Assembly: GCA_045578005.1 (NCBI GenBank)
Contig: JAZNJK010000092.1
Coordinates: 1 to 39,813 of the forward strand
Reading direction: 5' to 3'
Source: Eubacteriales bacterium
GTDB lineage: Bacteria > Bacillota > Clostridia > Oscillospirales > CAG-272
Length of the DNA: 39,813 nucleotides
The position numbers were made by a program, and so were the translations under genes. Of this stretch, positions 25,982-36,132 are shown piece after piece. Each line of letters begins with the position of its first letter. The first letter of the stretch is position 1. Under the pieces are notes generated by a model. That model was not told where the DNA came from. It saw nothing but the letters and a program-made list of their open reading frames with translations, and did no database searches.

Positions 25982-26036
25982 TTAATTAACAAATAATATT
26001 TTTGCGCGTTTTTTAAAAATATATAGGAGAAACATT

Positions 26037-26894
26037 ATGAAAGTAGCATTGGATTTTGTTGTGCATATGCTTAGGCATTTTACGATGATTACCTTTTTGG
26101 ATATATTAGATGTGGTTTGTCTTTCCGCCGTTCTTTTTGTAGTTTATAAGTTCGTTAAGGAAAGACGAGCAGGAAAACTTATGGCGGGTATAGGAATACT
26201 TGCCCTTATTGGATTGATATGTGCATTGCTTAATTTGCGCTCGATGCAATATTTATTGTCGCATTTCTTTGATTTCGGAATTGTTGTATTGATTGTGATA
26301 TTCCAACCTGAAATTCGTTCCGCGTTGGAAAAAATCGGTGACAACCCGATAAAGGGTGTAAAGAGTATAGGCGAAACTAAAACTTCATCTGTTGAAGAAA
26401 TGATAACAATTGTGTCGAATGCGATTTTTGAACTTGCAAAAACCAAAACAGGTGCTATTATAGTTTTCGAACGCAATACAAAACTTGGTGACTATACACC
26501 ATCAGGAACTGTTCTTAATGCTTATCCGAGCGTATTCTTGATAAGAAACATATTCTTCAATAAAGCCCCACTTCACGACGGTGCTATAATTATAAGAGAT
26601 GCCAAAATCCATAGTGCGGGTTGTATGCTTCCGCTTACTAATAAACCTGATGTGGCAAGCGATCTTGGAACAAGACACCGTGCGGCAATAGGAATAAGTG
26701 AGGTTAGTGACTGCCTTGCAGTTGTTGTTTCTGAAGAAACGGGAGTTGTTTCTATTACTAACGAAGGACATATTTATAGAAATTTTACAAAGTCCACTAT
26801 AAAAGAGAAACTCGAAGAATTCCTTCTTCAAGACAAACTCAATCAAAAGGAAAAGCGTGGTGCTAAATATAGAAACCACAAGAGACAAAAATAA
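26037..26894 (+). CDS. cdaA: Diadenylate cyclase CdaA (membrane-anchored DAC domain)
   Basis: Three N-terminal TM helices, then DAC motifs PLHDGAIIIRD, GTRHRAAIGISE and VVVSEETG. Confidence 0.93.
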   Translation: MKVALDFVVHMLRHFTMITFLDILDVVCLSAVLFVVYKFVKERRAGKLMAGIGILALIGLICALLNLRSMQYLLSHFFDFGIVVLIVIFQPEIRSALEKIGDNPIKGVKSIGETKTSSVEEMITIVSNAIFELAKTKTGAIIVFERNTKLGDYTPSGTVLNAYPSVFLIRNIFFNKAPLHDGAIIIRDAKIHSAGCMLPLTNKPDVASDLGTRHRAAIGISEVSDCLAVVVSEETGVVSITNEGHIYRNFTKSTIKEKLEEFLLQDKLNQKEKRGAKYRNHKRQK

Positions 26895-26903
26895 GGAGAT
26901 ATT

Positions 26904-27320
26904 ATGGATAGATTTTCTAAGACTACCGATATCGATATCGCTGAGGTTGCTGCCGCATCCTCTGTCACTGACACTCCCAAAAAGAGCAAGGTTAGTGCGA
27001 TAATTGCTTACATGGTTTGTGTTGTGTTGGCAATATTTATTTGGTTATGGGTTATGGAAACTGATACAACTGTAATTCAAAGAGAATTTAATGATGTGCA
27101 AATATGTTCGAGTTTCTTCGATTCCGAGCCTATTGGATATACAGATATTACCGTCAAGGGCATAAGAAAGAATATAGTTGATCTTAAAGCGAGGGATTTC
27201 AAGATTGTTGAGGTTGATGGAAAGTATGAAATCTATCTTCTTGAAAATGAATCTACCGACCTTGTTTTAACAAATGAGTCTACGGCAACTGAAATTATTG
27301 TTTCGGTAAGTGAAAGATGA
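26904..27320 (+). CDS. Short membrane-anchored protein in the cdaR position, with a single YbbR-like segment
   Basis: 138 aa. One TM (VSAIIAYMVCVVLAIFIWLWV) and an extracytoplasmic beta-rich region ITVKGIRKNIVDLKARDFKIVEVDG reminiscent of a YbbR repeat. The call is driven mainly by synteny with cdaA. Confidence 0.5.
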   Translation: MDRFSKTTDIDIAEVAAASSVTDTPKKSKVSAIIAYMVCVVLAIFIWLWVMETDTTVIQREFNDVQICSSFFDSEPIGYTDITVKGIRKNIVDLKARDFKIVEVDGKYEIYLLENESTDLVLTNESTATEIIVSVSER

Positions 27321-28888
27321 GAATTTTAATAGAACAGATCAAAACGGGCATCGACGCTGTCGATGATGATATATTCGAAATAGCAAAGACGCGTATCTTA
27401 AAATCACGCGTCTTTTCAAATGTATCAAATATGTATATCTATAAGCGCTCAATAGATGCACGACATAATGATAATATCAAATTTGTATCTACTGTTTGCG
27501 CCGATGTTGAATATGCAAGACAACCATCTCAACAGTTGTTAGAAAAAAACGGGATGAAGTTGTTACCTGATGAAAATATCGATTTTTCAACTGACAATCC
27601 TATTCCCAAAAAACCGCCTGTTATCGTTGGATTTGGTCCTGCGGGAATGTTTTGTGCTTTGGCGTTATCAAGAGCGGGATTAAAACCTATCGTCATTGAG
27701 CGCGGAGCAGATGTTGATTCAAGGGTGGAGTGCGTTGAGCATTTTTACAAAACCAAAAAACTTGACACTGATACAAACATTCAGTTTGGAGCGGGCGGAG
27801 CAGGAACTTTTTCAGATGGCAAACTTACAACAAGGATAAATGATCCTAAATGTGCGTTTGTTTTGTCTACATTTTGTGAACACGGCGCACCCACTGAAAT
27901 TAAATACATGGCAAAGCCTCATATAGGCACGGATCTTCTGAGAAATGTAGTTAAAAATATCGATAAGGAAATTAGAAAACTTGGCGGAGAAATTATGTAT
28001 AATACCAAGTTGACATCGTTTTCTGACTCGGTTATTTATACAAATAAGGGAGAAATTCCGTATTCATCATTGGTTTTAGCGATAGGACACAGTGCAAGAG
28101 ATACTTACGAATATTTGCTGAATTCCGGTTTTGCAATAGAGCCGAAAGTTTTTTCAGTTGGTGTTAGAGTTGAACATTTGCAGTCTCAAATTAATGAGGC
28201 GATGTATGGTAAATATGCAAACGATAAAAGGCTTGGCTCAGCCGATTATAATGTTTCTTATCGCAAGGACAATAAAGGTGTATATTCGTTTTGCATGTGT
28301 CCGGGTGGAGAGGTTGTTTGCGCATCAAGTGAAGAAAATTCGGTTGTAGTTAACGGCATGAGCGTTCACGCAAGAGATGGAGCAAATGCCAATTCGGCAA
28401 TTGTTGTTCAAGTAGATAGGGAAGATTATGGTAACTCTCCTGTCAAGGGTATCGAATTTCAACGCGAACTTGAAAAAAGAGCATTTTTGACAGCGGGGGC
28501 AAATTACAATGCGCCTGTTCAAACATTAGGCGATTTTTATGACGGAAAAGCAAGCACTGAACCTAAAAAAGTCATTCCTTCATATATGAATGGTGGAGTT
28601 AGTGTTTGCGATATGAATAAAATTTTGCCAAAATTTGTTTGTGATTATTTGAAGATTGGTTTCAATGAATTTGGTAAAAAAATAAAGGGATTTAACTCCT
28701 CGTATGTGCCGATTACAGGAGTCGAAACAAGGACATCGGCACCGCTTAGAATATTGAGAAATGAAAGGTATAGCGCTTTTTCTCATCCAAATGTTTATCC
28801 GTGTGGAGAGGGAGCAGGCTATGCGGGCGGAATAATGAGTGCAGCGGTTGACGGACTCAATGTCGCCTTAGCAATACTAAAAAAATAG
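27317..28888 (+). CDS. FAD-dependent protein of the uncharacterised dehydrogenase family (COG2509-like)
   Basis: Dinucleotide-binding VIVGFGPAGMFCALAL, later GAGGAGTFSDGKL, and C-terminal GEGAGYAGGIMSAAVDG. ATGA overlap with the upstream gene. Confidence 0.75.
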   Translation: MRILIEQIKTGIDAVDDDIFEIAKTRILKSRVFSNVSNMYIYKRSIDARHNDNIKFVSTVCADVEYARQPSQQLLEKNGMKLLPDENIDFSTDNPIPKKPPVIVGFGPAGMFCALALSRAGLKPIVIERGADVDSRVECVEHFYKTKKLDTDTNIQFGAGGAGTFSDGKLTTRINDPKCAFVLSTFCEHGAPTEIKYMAKPHIGTDLLRNVVKNIDKEIRKLGGEIMYNTKLTSFSDSVIYTNKGEIPYSSLVLAIGHSARDTYEYLLNSGFAIEPKVFSVGVRVEHLQSQINEAMYGKYANDKRLGSADYNVSYRKDNKGVYSFCMCPGGEVVCASSEENSVVVNGMSVHARDGANANSAIVVQVDREDYGNSPVKGIEFQRELEKRAFLTAGANYNAPVQTLGDFYDGKASTEPKKVIPSYMNGGVSVCDMNKILPKFVCDYLKIGFNEFGKKIKGFNSSYVPITGVETRTSAPLRILRNERYSAFSHPNVYPCGEGAGYAGGIMSAAVDGLNVALAILKK

Positions 28889-28897
28889 AGAGTTTAT

Positions 28898-31063
28898 ATG
28901 TTGACAAAAGAGAGAAAAAATTGGAATGTAAAATCAAGTAATGTTGATAAGAATATTGTTAAAGAGATTGAATTAAATCTTGGAATAAGTGAAATTTTAT
29001 CAACACTTGTATCAAATAGAGGATATAATAGCGCGGAAGCGGCACAGGCGTTTATCACCAAAAGCGACGAAAAAATGCATGATCCATTTTTGCTTAATGA
29101 TATGGAAGTCGGGGCTAAACGCATTTTATCGGCGGTAGAAAATGGAGAACACATTTCTATTTTCGGAGATTATGATGTTGACGGAGTTACATCGGTTAGC
29201 ATTCTTTATTTATATCTCGATAGTTTGGGTGTTAATGTAGACTATTATATTCCGAGCAGAAAGAACGAGGGATACGGTATTTCTGCACCTGCGATAGAAA
29301 AATTGGCATCTAACGGAACAAATCTTATTATCACGGTTGACACGGGAGTTACCGCCAATAAAGAGATTGAACTTGCGAAATCGTTGGGGATAGATGTTGT
29401 TGTTACCGACCACCACGAGTGTAAGACTGATTTGCCGAACGCACTTGCTGTCATAAATCCCAAAAGGCTTGACAGTGAGTATCCGTTTTCTTCGCTTGCG
29501 GGAGTTGGAGTTGTTTTCAAACTCCTTTGTGCGATTGAATTTTTGAGGACTAACGATAAAATGATTGATTGCGTTAGACGCATAGCGTATCAGTATGCTG
29601 ATCTTACCGCAATTGGCACAATTGCCGATGTTATGCCGATAAAGGACGAAAATAGACTCATTGTATCGTTTGGTTTAAATAATATTGACAAAACTCAAAA
29701 TGTTGGTTTAAGGGCGCTTATTGACCTTTGCCGTTCCAACGAAACAAAATCGAAGTCAAAGAGCAAGAAAAAAGTTACAGCGGGATTAATTGGATATACT
29801 GTTGCACCAAGAATTAATGCGGCAGGAAGAATAAGTGATGCAAATATTGCTGTAGAGTTATTCTTGACTAAAAATGAACAATTCGCACAAGAGCAAGCGA
29901 TTAAACTTTGCGATATAAATAGGGATAGGCAGTTTGAGGAAAATAAAATTGCCGAAGAAGCCTATGAATGCATAGAAACATCGAATTATGCCGAAAGCAA
30001 TGTTATAATATTAGATAATCCCAAATGGCATCACGGTATTATCGGAATAGTTGCTTCTCGACTTTCCGAAAGATACAATCGTCCTTCTATTTTGATTTCT
30101 TTTGAAGGAAACGAAGATCCGAACGATCCTGAGGCTATTGGAAAGGGTTCGGGTAGAAGTATAACCGGACTTAATTTGGTTAATGCATTGTCATATTGCG
30201 AAGATTTGCTCGAGCGATTTGGCGGTCACGAATTGGCGGCAGGATTGACTATAAAGAGGAAGAACATCGACGCTTTACGTGAGCGACTTAATGACTATGC
30301 TCAAGGATGCTTTAAGGAGTGCGCTCCTAAAAATGAGATGGATATTGATTATATTCTTTCTCCAAGCGAGGCTACATTGAATTTGGCAAGTGAACTTGAT
30401 TTGCTTGAACCATGTGGCGTTTCTAATCCGACGCCTGTGTTTGCCATGACCGAATTAATCGTTGATGATATTATTCCAATAGGAATGAATAGACATTTAA
30501 AATTGGCGCTTTCTAAGGGCGGAAAGACATTTACATCAATGCTATTTTGCGTTTCACCACAGGAATTTCCGTATGAAATTGGAGAAGAAGTTGATGCTGC
30601 ATTTTATTTGGAAATTAACGAATTTATGAATTCGAAAAATCTTCAATTTAATATCAAAGATATTAGATTGAGCGATAGAATTTATTTCGAAATGAACCAA
30701 GGTGAAAACGAATATCAAAAAACAAAAGACGGTAGTTCCACACTTCCAGGAGAAGAAATTGTTCCTGTAAGAGATGATTTTTCACTTGTATACAGTTTCT
30801 TGCTGAAAGAAGCGAGAGAGGGAAAAAGTAAATATTCTTACATAAAACTTCTTCACGCTTTGAAAAGAAAATATTCGGGAGTCACTCTCAATTATGTTAA
30901 GTTAAAACTTGTGATTAAGATTTTTAGAGAACTTAATATAATTTCAATAGATGAATTAGATGAATTCAGTTTTGAATTTAGAATAAACTTTTCTAAGAGT
31001 AAGACAAATCTTGAAAAGTCAAATATTTTGAAGAAGATAAAATCAATTTACGGCACTAACTAA
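28898..31063 (+). CDS. recJ: Single-stranded-DNA-specific exonuclease RecJ
   Basis: DHH motifs GDYDVDGVTS, TVDTGV and VVTDHHE. DHHA1 GGHELAAG. 721 aa. Confidence 0.93.
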   Translation: MLTKERKNWNVKSSNVDKNIVKEIELNLGISEILSTLVSNRGYNSAEAAQAFITKSDEKMHDPFLLNDMEVGAKRILSAVENGEHISIFGDYDVDGVTSVSILYLYLDSLGVNVDYYIPSRKNEGYGISAPAIEKLASNGTNLIITVDTGVTANKEIELAKSLGIDVVVTDHHECKTDLPNALAVINPKRLDSEYPFSSLAGVGVVFKLLCAIEFLRTNDKMIDCVRRIAYQYADLTAIGTIADVMPIKDENRLIVSFGLNNIDKTQNVGLRALIDLCRSNETKSKSKSKKKVTAGLIGYTVAPRINAAGRISDANIAVELFLTKNEQFAQEQAIKLCDINRDRQFEENKIAEEAYECIETSNYAESNVIILDNPKWHHGIIGIVASRLSERYNRPSILISFEGNEDPNDPEAIGKGSGRSITGLNLVNALSYCEDLLERFGGHELAAGLTIKRKNIDALRERLNDYAQGCFKECAPKNEMDIDYILSPSEATLNLASELDLLEPCGVSNPTPVFAMTELIVDDIIPIGMNRHLKLALSKGGKTFTSMLFCVSPQEFPYEIGEEVDAAFYLEINEFMNSKNLQFNIKDIRLSDRIYFEMNQGENEYQKTKDGSSTLPGEEIVPVRDDFSLVYSFLLKEAREGKSKYSYIKLLHALKRKYSGVTLNYVKLKLVIKIFRELNIISIDELDEFSFEFRINFSKSKTNLEKSNILKKIKSIYGTN

Positions 31064-31083
31064 ACGACTAAAAGGAGAGATCC

Positions 31084-33297
31084 ATGGAGGATATTCAACT
31101 AAAGCCAATTGAGAAGTTAATAGAAACACTTCAAACAAGCGGAAAAAAGTATGATTTGGAAAAAATCAAAAAAGCGTTTCTTTACGCCTCTAATATGCAC
31201 GACGGTCAAATGCGTCAAAGTGGAGAAGCGTATATTTCTCACCCTATTGCAGTTGCGGAAATAGTGGCAGGTCTTGGTCTTGATACTGATTCAATATGCG
31301 CCGCCTTTCTTCACGATACAGTTGAGGATTGCCCTGAAAAAACCGATATTGATAAGATAAAAGAGTTTTTTGGAGATGATGTTGCTCTTTTGGTTGACGG
31401 AGTAACTAAAATTAAATCTATCAACATCGAGGACAAGGAAGAAACTCATATTGAAAATATTAGAAAAATGCTCCTTGCTATGTCAAAGGACATTAGAGTT
31501 ATTTTCATAAAACTTTGCGATAGACTTCATAATATGCGCACTTTGTATGTTAAGAAAGACGCAAAGAGAAGGACAACTGCACTTGAAACGATGCATGTTT
31601 ATGCGCCACTTGCGCATCGTCTTGGTATGCAAAGGGTAAAGCAGGAACTTGAAAATCTTGCCCTTCAATACCTTGACCCTATCGGACACAAAGAAATCAA
31701 GTCGCATATAGAGGAAAAATACGGAAGAAATGTAAATTTCATCGAAAAGTTGAAGCAATATGTAACGGAAAAACTTGAACTTACTAATATGAAATTTACG
31801 CTTGAAGGCCGTGTAAAAACTGTATACAGTGTGTATAGAAAGATGTATGACCAAAACAAGACTTTTGATGAGATATACGACTTTTATGCGCTCCGTATAA
31901 TCGTTGACAGTGAACTTGATTGTTATACGGCACTTGGTATTATACACGAGATGTATAAATCAGTTCCGGGACGCTTTAAGGATTATATTTCCACACCGAA
32001 ACCGAACTTGTATCAATCACTTCATACGACTGTTATCGGTAAGGACGGAATTCCTTTTGAAGTTCAAATTAGAACTCGTGAAATGCACCATGTCGCTGAA
32101 TACGGTATTGCGGCACACTGGAAATATAAGAGTGGGGACAAGGCATCTTCGGACATCGATCAAAAATTAAGTTGGATTTCCAAACTTATCGATACCGAAA
32201 CTGAGGTTGCGGACTCGGAAGAGTTTATGCATGCCTTTAAGATTGACATTTTCCACGATGAAACATTTGTTTTCACTCCAAAGGGAGATCTTATTGCGTT
32301 ACCTCTGGGCGCTACACTTATTGACTTTGCTTATTCAATTCATACAGGTGTAGGAAATAGAATGGTAGGGGCTAAAATTAATGGCAGGATTGCGCCTATT
32401 GATACTGCGCCTCAAAACGGAGATATAGTTGAGGTAATAACCTCTAATGCCTCCAAAGGACCAAGCAGAGACTGGCTTAACATCGTAAAAACGAGTGAAG
32501 CGAGAAACAAGATTAGACAATGGTTCAAAAAGGAAAAGAGACAGGAAAACATTGTCGTTGGAAAGGCGGAAATTGATAAGTTGTTTGCTCGTCATAGAAT
32601 GATTTGTAGCGAGGAAACAAAGATTGAAATTATTTCCACAATAGCCAAACGATTTGGTATGGCTGAGGCAGATGATTTGTTCAATGCTATTGGATATGGC
32701 GGAATTGCTTTGTCTAAGGTTGAACTTAAAATCCGTGATGAATACGAAAGAAATTATAAGCCTGCCGTAGAAAAAGAAATTGTCGCAATCGAACCTACCG
32801 TCACAACTTCAAAACGCCGTAAATCTACCGGTGGTGTTATAGTTGACGGAGAAGAGGGTTGCGTTGTCAAGTTTGCTAAATGTTGTAATCCTCTACCCGG
32901 AGAGAGCATTATTGGATTTATAACAAAGGGATATGGTATATCAATTCACAAATCCGATTGTCCCAATGTTAAAATTGCATATGCAAACGAGGAAAATGCA
33001 AGTAGATTTGTAAAGGCGGAGTGGGATTTACCAAGTTCAAGTTCATATAGGGCTACTTACGATTCCGCTATTCAAATTTTTGTAAATAATAGAATTTCGA
33101 TGCTTGCGGAAATTTCAATGGCGCTTGCGGAGATGAAGGTTGATATTGTATCAATCAGCACTAAAAATGTTGATGATACAACGATAATGAATATGACAAT
33201 ATCTTGTCGTGATATAGGACATTTTAATTCGATAATTTCAAAACTTAGAGGAATTAAAGATGTTATAAGAGTGACAAGAGCGATGGGAGTAAAATGA
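31084..33297 (+). CDS. relA: Bifunctional (p)ppGpp synthetase/hydrolase (long RSH)
   Basis: HD hydrolase motifs HPIAVAEI and HDTVED. Synthetase motifs YALRIIV, YQSLHTTV and EVQIRT. TGS and C-terminal ACT regions. 737 aa. Confidence 0.95.
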   Translation: MEDIQLKPIEKLIETLQTSGKKYDLEKIKKAFLYASNMHDGQMRQSGEAYISHPIAVAEIVAGLGLDTDSICAAFLHDTVEDCPEKTDIDKIKEFFGDDVALLVDGVTKIKSINIEDKEETHIENIRKMLLAMSKDIRVIFIKLCDRLHNMRTLYVKKDAKRRTTALETMHVYAPLAHRLGMQRVKQELENLALQYLDPIGHKEIKSHIEEKYGRNVNFIEKLKQYVTEKLELTNMKFTLEGRVKTVYSVYRKMYDQNKTFDEIYDFYALRIIVDSELDCYTALGIIHEMYKSVPGRFKDYISTPKPNLYQSLHTTVIGKDGIPFEVQIRTREMHHVAEYGIAAHWKYKSGDKASSDIDQKLSWISKLIDTETEVADSEEFMHAFKIDIFHDETFVFTPKGDLIALPLGATLIDFAYSIHTGVGNRMVGAKINGRIAPIDTAPQNGDIVEVITSNASKGPSRDWLNIVKTSEARNKIRQWFKKEKRQENIVVGKAEIDKLFARHRMICSEETKIEIISTIAKRFGMAEADDLFNAIGYGGIALSKVELKIRDEYERNYKPAVEKEIVAIEPTVTTSKRRKSTGGVIVDGEEGCVVKFAKCCNPLPGESIIGFITKGYGISIHKSDCPNVKIAYANEENASRFVKAEWDLPSSSSYRATYDSAIQIFVNNRISMLAEISMALAEMKVDIVSISTKNVDDTTIMNMTISCRDIGHFNSIISKLRGIKDVIRVTRAMGVK

Positions 33298-33740
33298 TAG
33301 CCGTAATTCAACGAGTAGAACGCGCGAGTGTTTCGATTGACGGAACTGTTCACAGTAAAATTGATAACGGACTTCTTGTTCTTCTTGGAGTAAAACAAGG
33401 AGATGATGAAAAAGACGCACAACTTCTTGTCAAAAAGATAAGCAATCTTAGAATATTTTCTGACGAAAACGGGAAAATGAATTTGAGTGTGCTTGATACT
33501 AATGGAAGTGTGCTTGTTGTGTCAAATTTTACACTTTTAGCAAATTACAAAAAAGGGAATCGCCCTGATTATATGAATGGTGCAAAACCCGATGAGGCAA
33601 ATAGACTTTATGAGCGTTTTTGCGATTTGATTGGTGATATTGTGCCTACACAAAAGGGTGTTTTTGGGGCTGATATGAAAATTGATTTAATAAATGATGG
33701 CCCTGTAACGATTGTTATGGATAGCGAAGTTTTGAAATGA
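33294..33740 (+). CDS. dtd: D-aminoacyl-tRNA deacylase
   Basis: MIAVIQRVERASV, SNFTLLA, GNRP and GADM. ATGA overlap with relA. Confidence 0.93.
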   Translation: MIAVIQRVERASVSIDGTVHSKIDNGLLVLLGVKQGDDEKDAQLLVKKISNLRIFSDENGKMNLSVLDTNGSVLVVSNFTLLANYKKGNRPDYMNGAKPDEANRLYERFCDLIGDIVPTQKGVFGADMKIDLINDGPVTIVMDSEVLK

Positions 33741-35203
33741 AAATAATTTTAGACGGAAATATAAACAGGATATATGTTCAAAGTTTATGTATGGCGTTTT
33801 TTCACGGAATTAAATTTCCAGACAATTTCGATGAGTCAACAGACGGACTTGAACTTTATTTGAAATTAGACGAAAAAGAAGAGTTTTTGAGCGTAATTTC
33901 CAAACTTTCTTGGTATAACAAAGAAGCGAAAATAGAAGAAAATTACGAATTGTCTTCAAATGAAACTGTTGAAAGAGCGCGAAAAACTGCGGTTGGACAG
34001 GCTGTTTATAAATTGTGTAAACAATTAACGGAAAAAGATGTTGATTGGGGAATTTTAACAGGGATACGCCCGTCAAAAGTTTGTTTGGAATTGCTTAAAA
34101 CAAAATCGGAAAACGAGGTATTGGTGGAACTTTGTGATAAGTATTTGCTAAGCGAGGCAAAGGCAAAACTTCTTGTCAAGGTTACTCAAAATGAACATCT
34201 TGTAATGAACAAAACGGACGATTTGTCGTGCAGTTTATATATCTCTATCCCGTTTTGTCCTTCGAGGTGCAATTATTGCTCATTTATATCTTGCGCGGGC
34301 GAGAAAATGCTGAAACTTATTCCCAAATATCTCGAAAAATTGACATTGGAAATCAAAAACACAACTGAACTTATTAAGAATATGGGGTTTAGGCTTTCGT
34401 GCGTATATATCGGTGGCGGAACTCCAACTGTTCTAAACGAAGAACAACTTGAATTGCTTCTTAAAGAAGTTAATGTTTGTGTTAATGTTTCGAGTCTTGA
34501 CGAATTTACATTAGAGGCGGGAAGGCCTGACACGATAACAGAGGAAAAACTCGTTCTTGCAAAAAAATACGGAGTTACAAGAATTAGCGTTAATCCTCAA
34601 ACTTTAAACGATTCGGTCCTTGAAAAAATAGGTAGACATCATACCTCACAAGATTTTTTGATTTCGTTTGATAAGGTGGAAAAATCTCAAATAGATTGTA
34701 TTAACACTGATCTTATTGCAGGACTTGAGGATGATGATTTTAACAGTTTTAAGAAGACGGTTGATAAAATTGTAGCATTATCACCGCAAAATGTAACTGT
34801 CCACAGTTTTTGTGTTAAAAAATCAGCACGGATTTTGCGCGATGATGCCGAAATTTACAATCAAGATGATATTGATGCTAAAAAATCGGTTGATTATGCG
34901 ATTGACACTCTTCTCGGGAACGGATATGAGCCATATTATATGTATAGGCAAAAAAATACGGTTGGAAATCTTGAAAATGTTGGATATTCTAAATCAGGAT
35001 TTTTTGGACTTTATAATGTTTTTATGATGTCGGATGCTCACACAGTTTTCGGAGTGGGAGCAGGGGCGACTACTAAACTTGTCAAAAATAATAACGGAAA
35101 AACGGACATTTTAAGAATATTTTCTCCAAAATATCCATATGAATATTTGCAAGACAACCAAAACAATAACGGAAAAATAACGGAGTTTTTTAACAGGAGG
35201 TGA
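33737..35203 (+). CDS. hemZ: Radical SAM coproporphyrinogen dehydrogenase-like protein (HemZ type)
   Basis: Radical SAM cluster motif CPSRCNYCSF after an N-terminal extension of about 165 aa. YIGGGTP. Size and layout as in HemZ. ATGA overlap with dtd. Confidence 0.75.
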   Translation: MKIILDGNINRIYVQSLCMAFFHGIKFPDNFDESTDGLELYLKLDEKEEFLSVISKLSWYNKEAKIEENYELSSNETVERARKTAVGQAVYKLCKQLTEKDVDWGILTGIRPSKVCLELLKTKSENEVLVELCDKYLLSEAKAKLLVKVTQNEHLVMNKTDDLSCSLYISIPFCPSRCNYCSFISCAGEKMLKLIPKYLEKLTLEIKNTTELIKNMGFRLSCVYIGGGTPTVLNEEQLELLLKEVNVCVNVSSLDEFTLEAGRPDTITEEKLVLAKKYGVTRISVNPQTLNDSVLEKIGRHHTSQDFLISFDKVEKSQIDCINTDLIAGLEDDDFNSFKKTVDKIVALSPQNVTVHSFCVKKSARILRDDAEIYNQDDIDAKKSVDYAIDTLLGNGYEPYYMYRQKNTVGNLENVGYSKSGFFGLYNVFMMSDAHTVFGVGAGATTKLVKNNNGKTDILRIFSPKYPYEYLQDNQNNNGKITEFFNRR

Positions 35204-35208
35204 TTTGT

Positions 35209-36120
35209 GTGAAATACATAAATATTTCTTTTGAAAACGAACAGCAAAAAAGAGATTTTGTAATGGCTTGTGAACTTGATTTTGAAAAGCGACTTTGCGA
35301 TGTCTCAAATAGGGTGAAAAATACAGGGGTGGAATCGCTTCTTTTATCAGGTCCTACCTGCTCGGGAAAAACTACGACAGCAAACAAAATTATTCATGAT
35401 TTTGAAGAGAATGGAAGAAAAGTGTATGTAATATCGCTTGATAATTTCTTCAAATCAAGAGCAGGAGAGGAAAGGTCTGTTGATAATGAAAATATTGACT
35501 ATGATTCCGTCAACGCACTCGACCTTGATGTCCTTACATCTTGCGTGAACCAAGCAAGACAGGGAAATGTTGTTAATATTCCAATATATGATTTTATAAC
35601 GCAAACCTCAAACAAATTCGAAACTTTGGATATTGATGATAACGGAGTAATTATTTTTGAGGGAATACAGGCAGTTTATCCCGAAATAACGCGTCTTTTT
35701 AAAGAAAGAGATTACATTGGCGTATTTATCAATGTTGACGAAGATGTTATGATAAACGGAGTCTTTTTCTCGCGTGATGATATAAGACTTTCAAGACGGC
35801 TTGTAAGGGATTACAAGTTTAGAGGAGCAAATGCTGAATTTACATTATTCTTGTGGGATAATGTTAGAAAAAATGAGGATCAAAGTATTTATCCAAACAA
35901 AAATGCTATATGCAAGGTGCAATTGAATTCGTTCTTGGATTACGAGTTATTCCTTTTAAAAGGCTATATAATAGATATTTTGAATGAAGTTAAGGAAAAT
36001 AGCAAATATTATAACAAAGCAAGAGAACTTAAAGAAAAATTTCTTGCGATAGACTCTATAAGTTATGACTATGTGCCAAATAACTCATTATATACCGAAT
36101 TTTTAGGTAAAAAACAGTAA
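35209..36120 (+). CDS. Uridine-kinase-family P-loop nucleoside kinase-like protein
   Basis: I chose the GTG at 35209 because AGGAGG lies 8 nt upstream. Walker A LSGPTCSGKTT and a later FEGIQAVYPE. The family assignment is tentative. Confidence 0.6.
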   Translation: MKYINISFENEQQKRDFVMACELDFEKRLCDVSNRVKNTGVESLLLSGPTCSGKTTTANKIIHDFEENGRKVYVISLDNFFKSRAGEERSVDNENIDYDSVNALDLDVLTSCVNQARQGNVVNIPIYDFITQTSNKFETLDIDDNGVIIFEGIQAVYPEITRLFKERDYIGVFINVDEDVMINGVFFSRDDIRLSRRLVRDYKFRGANAEFTLFLWDNVRKNEDQSIYPNKNAICKVQLNSFLDYELFLLKGYIIDILNEVKENSKYYNKARELKEKFLAIDSISYDYVPNNSLYTEFLGKKQ

Positions 36121-36132
36121 AAGGGGATTGCT

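Noticed and set aside
31483-31947. 154-aa antisense ORF inside relA.
   Set aside because: Same reasoning: it lies opposite the conserved synthetase domain of relA and has no translation signals.
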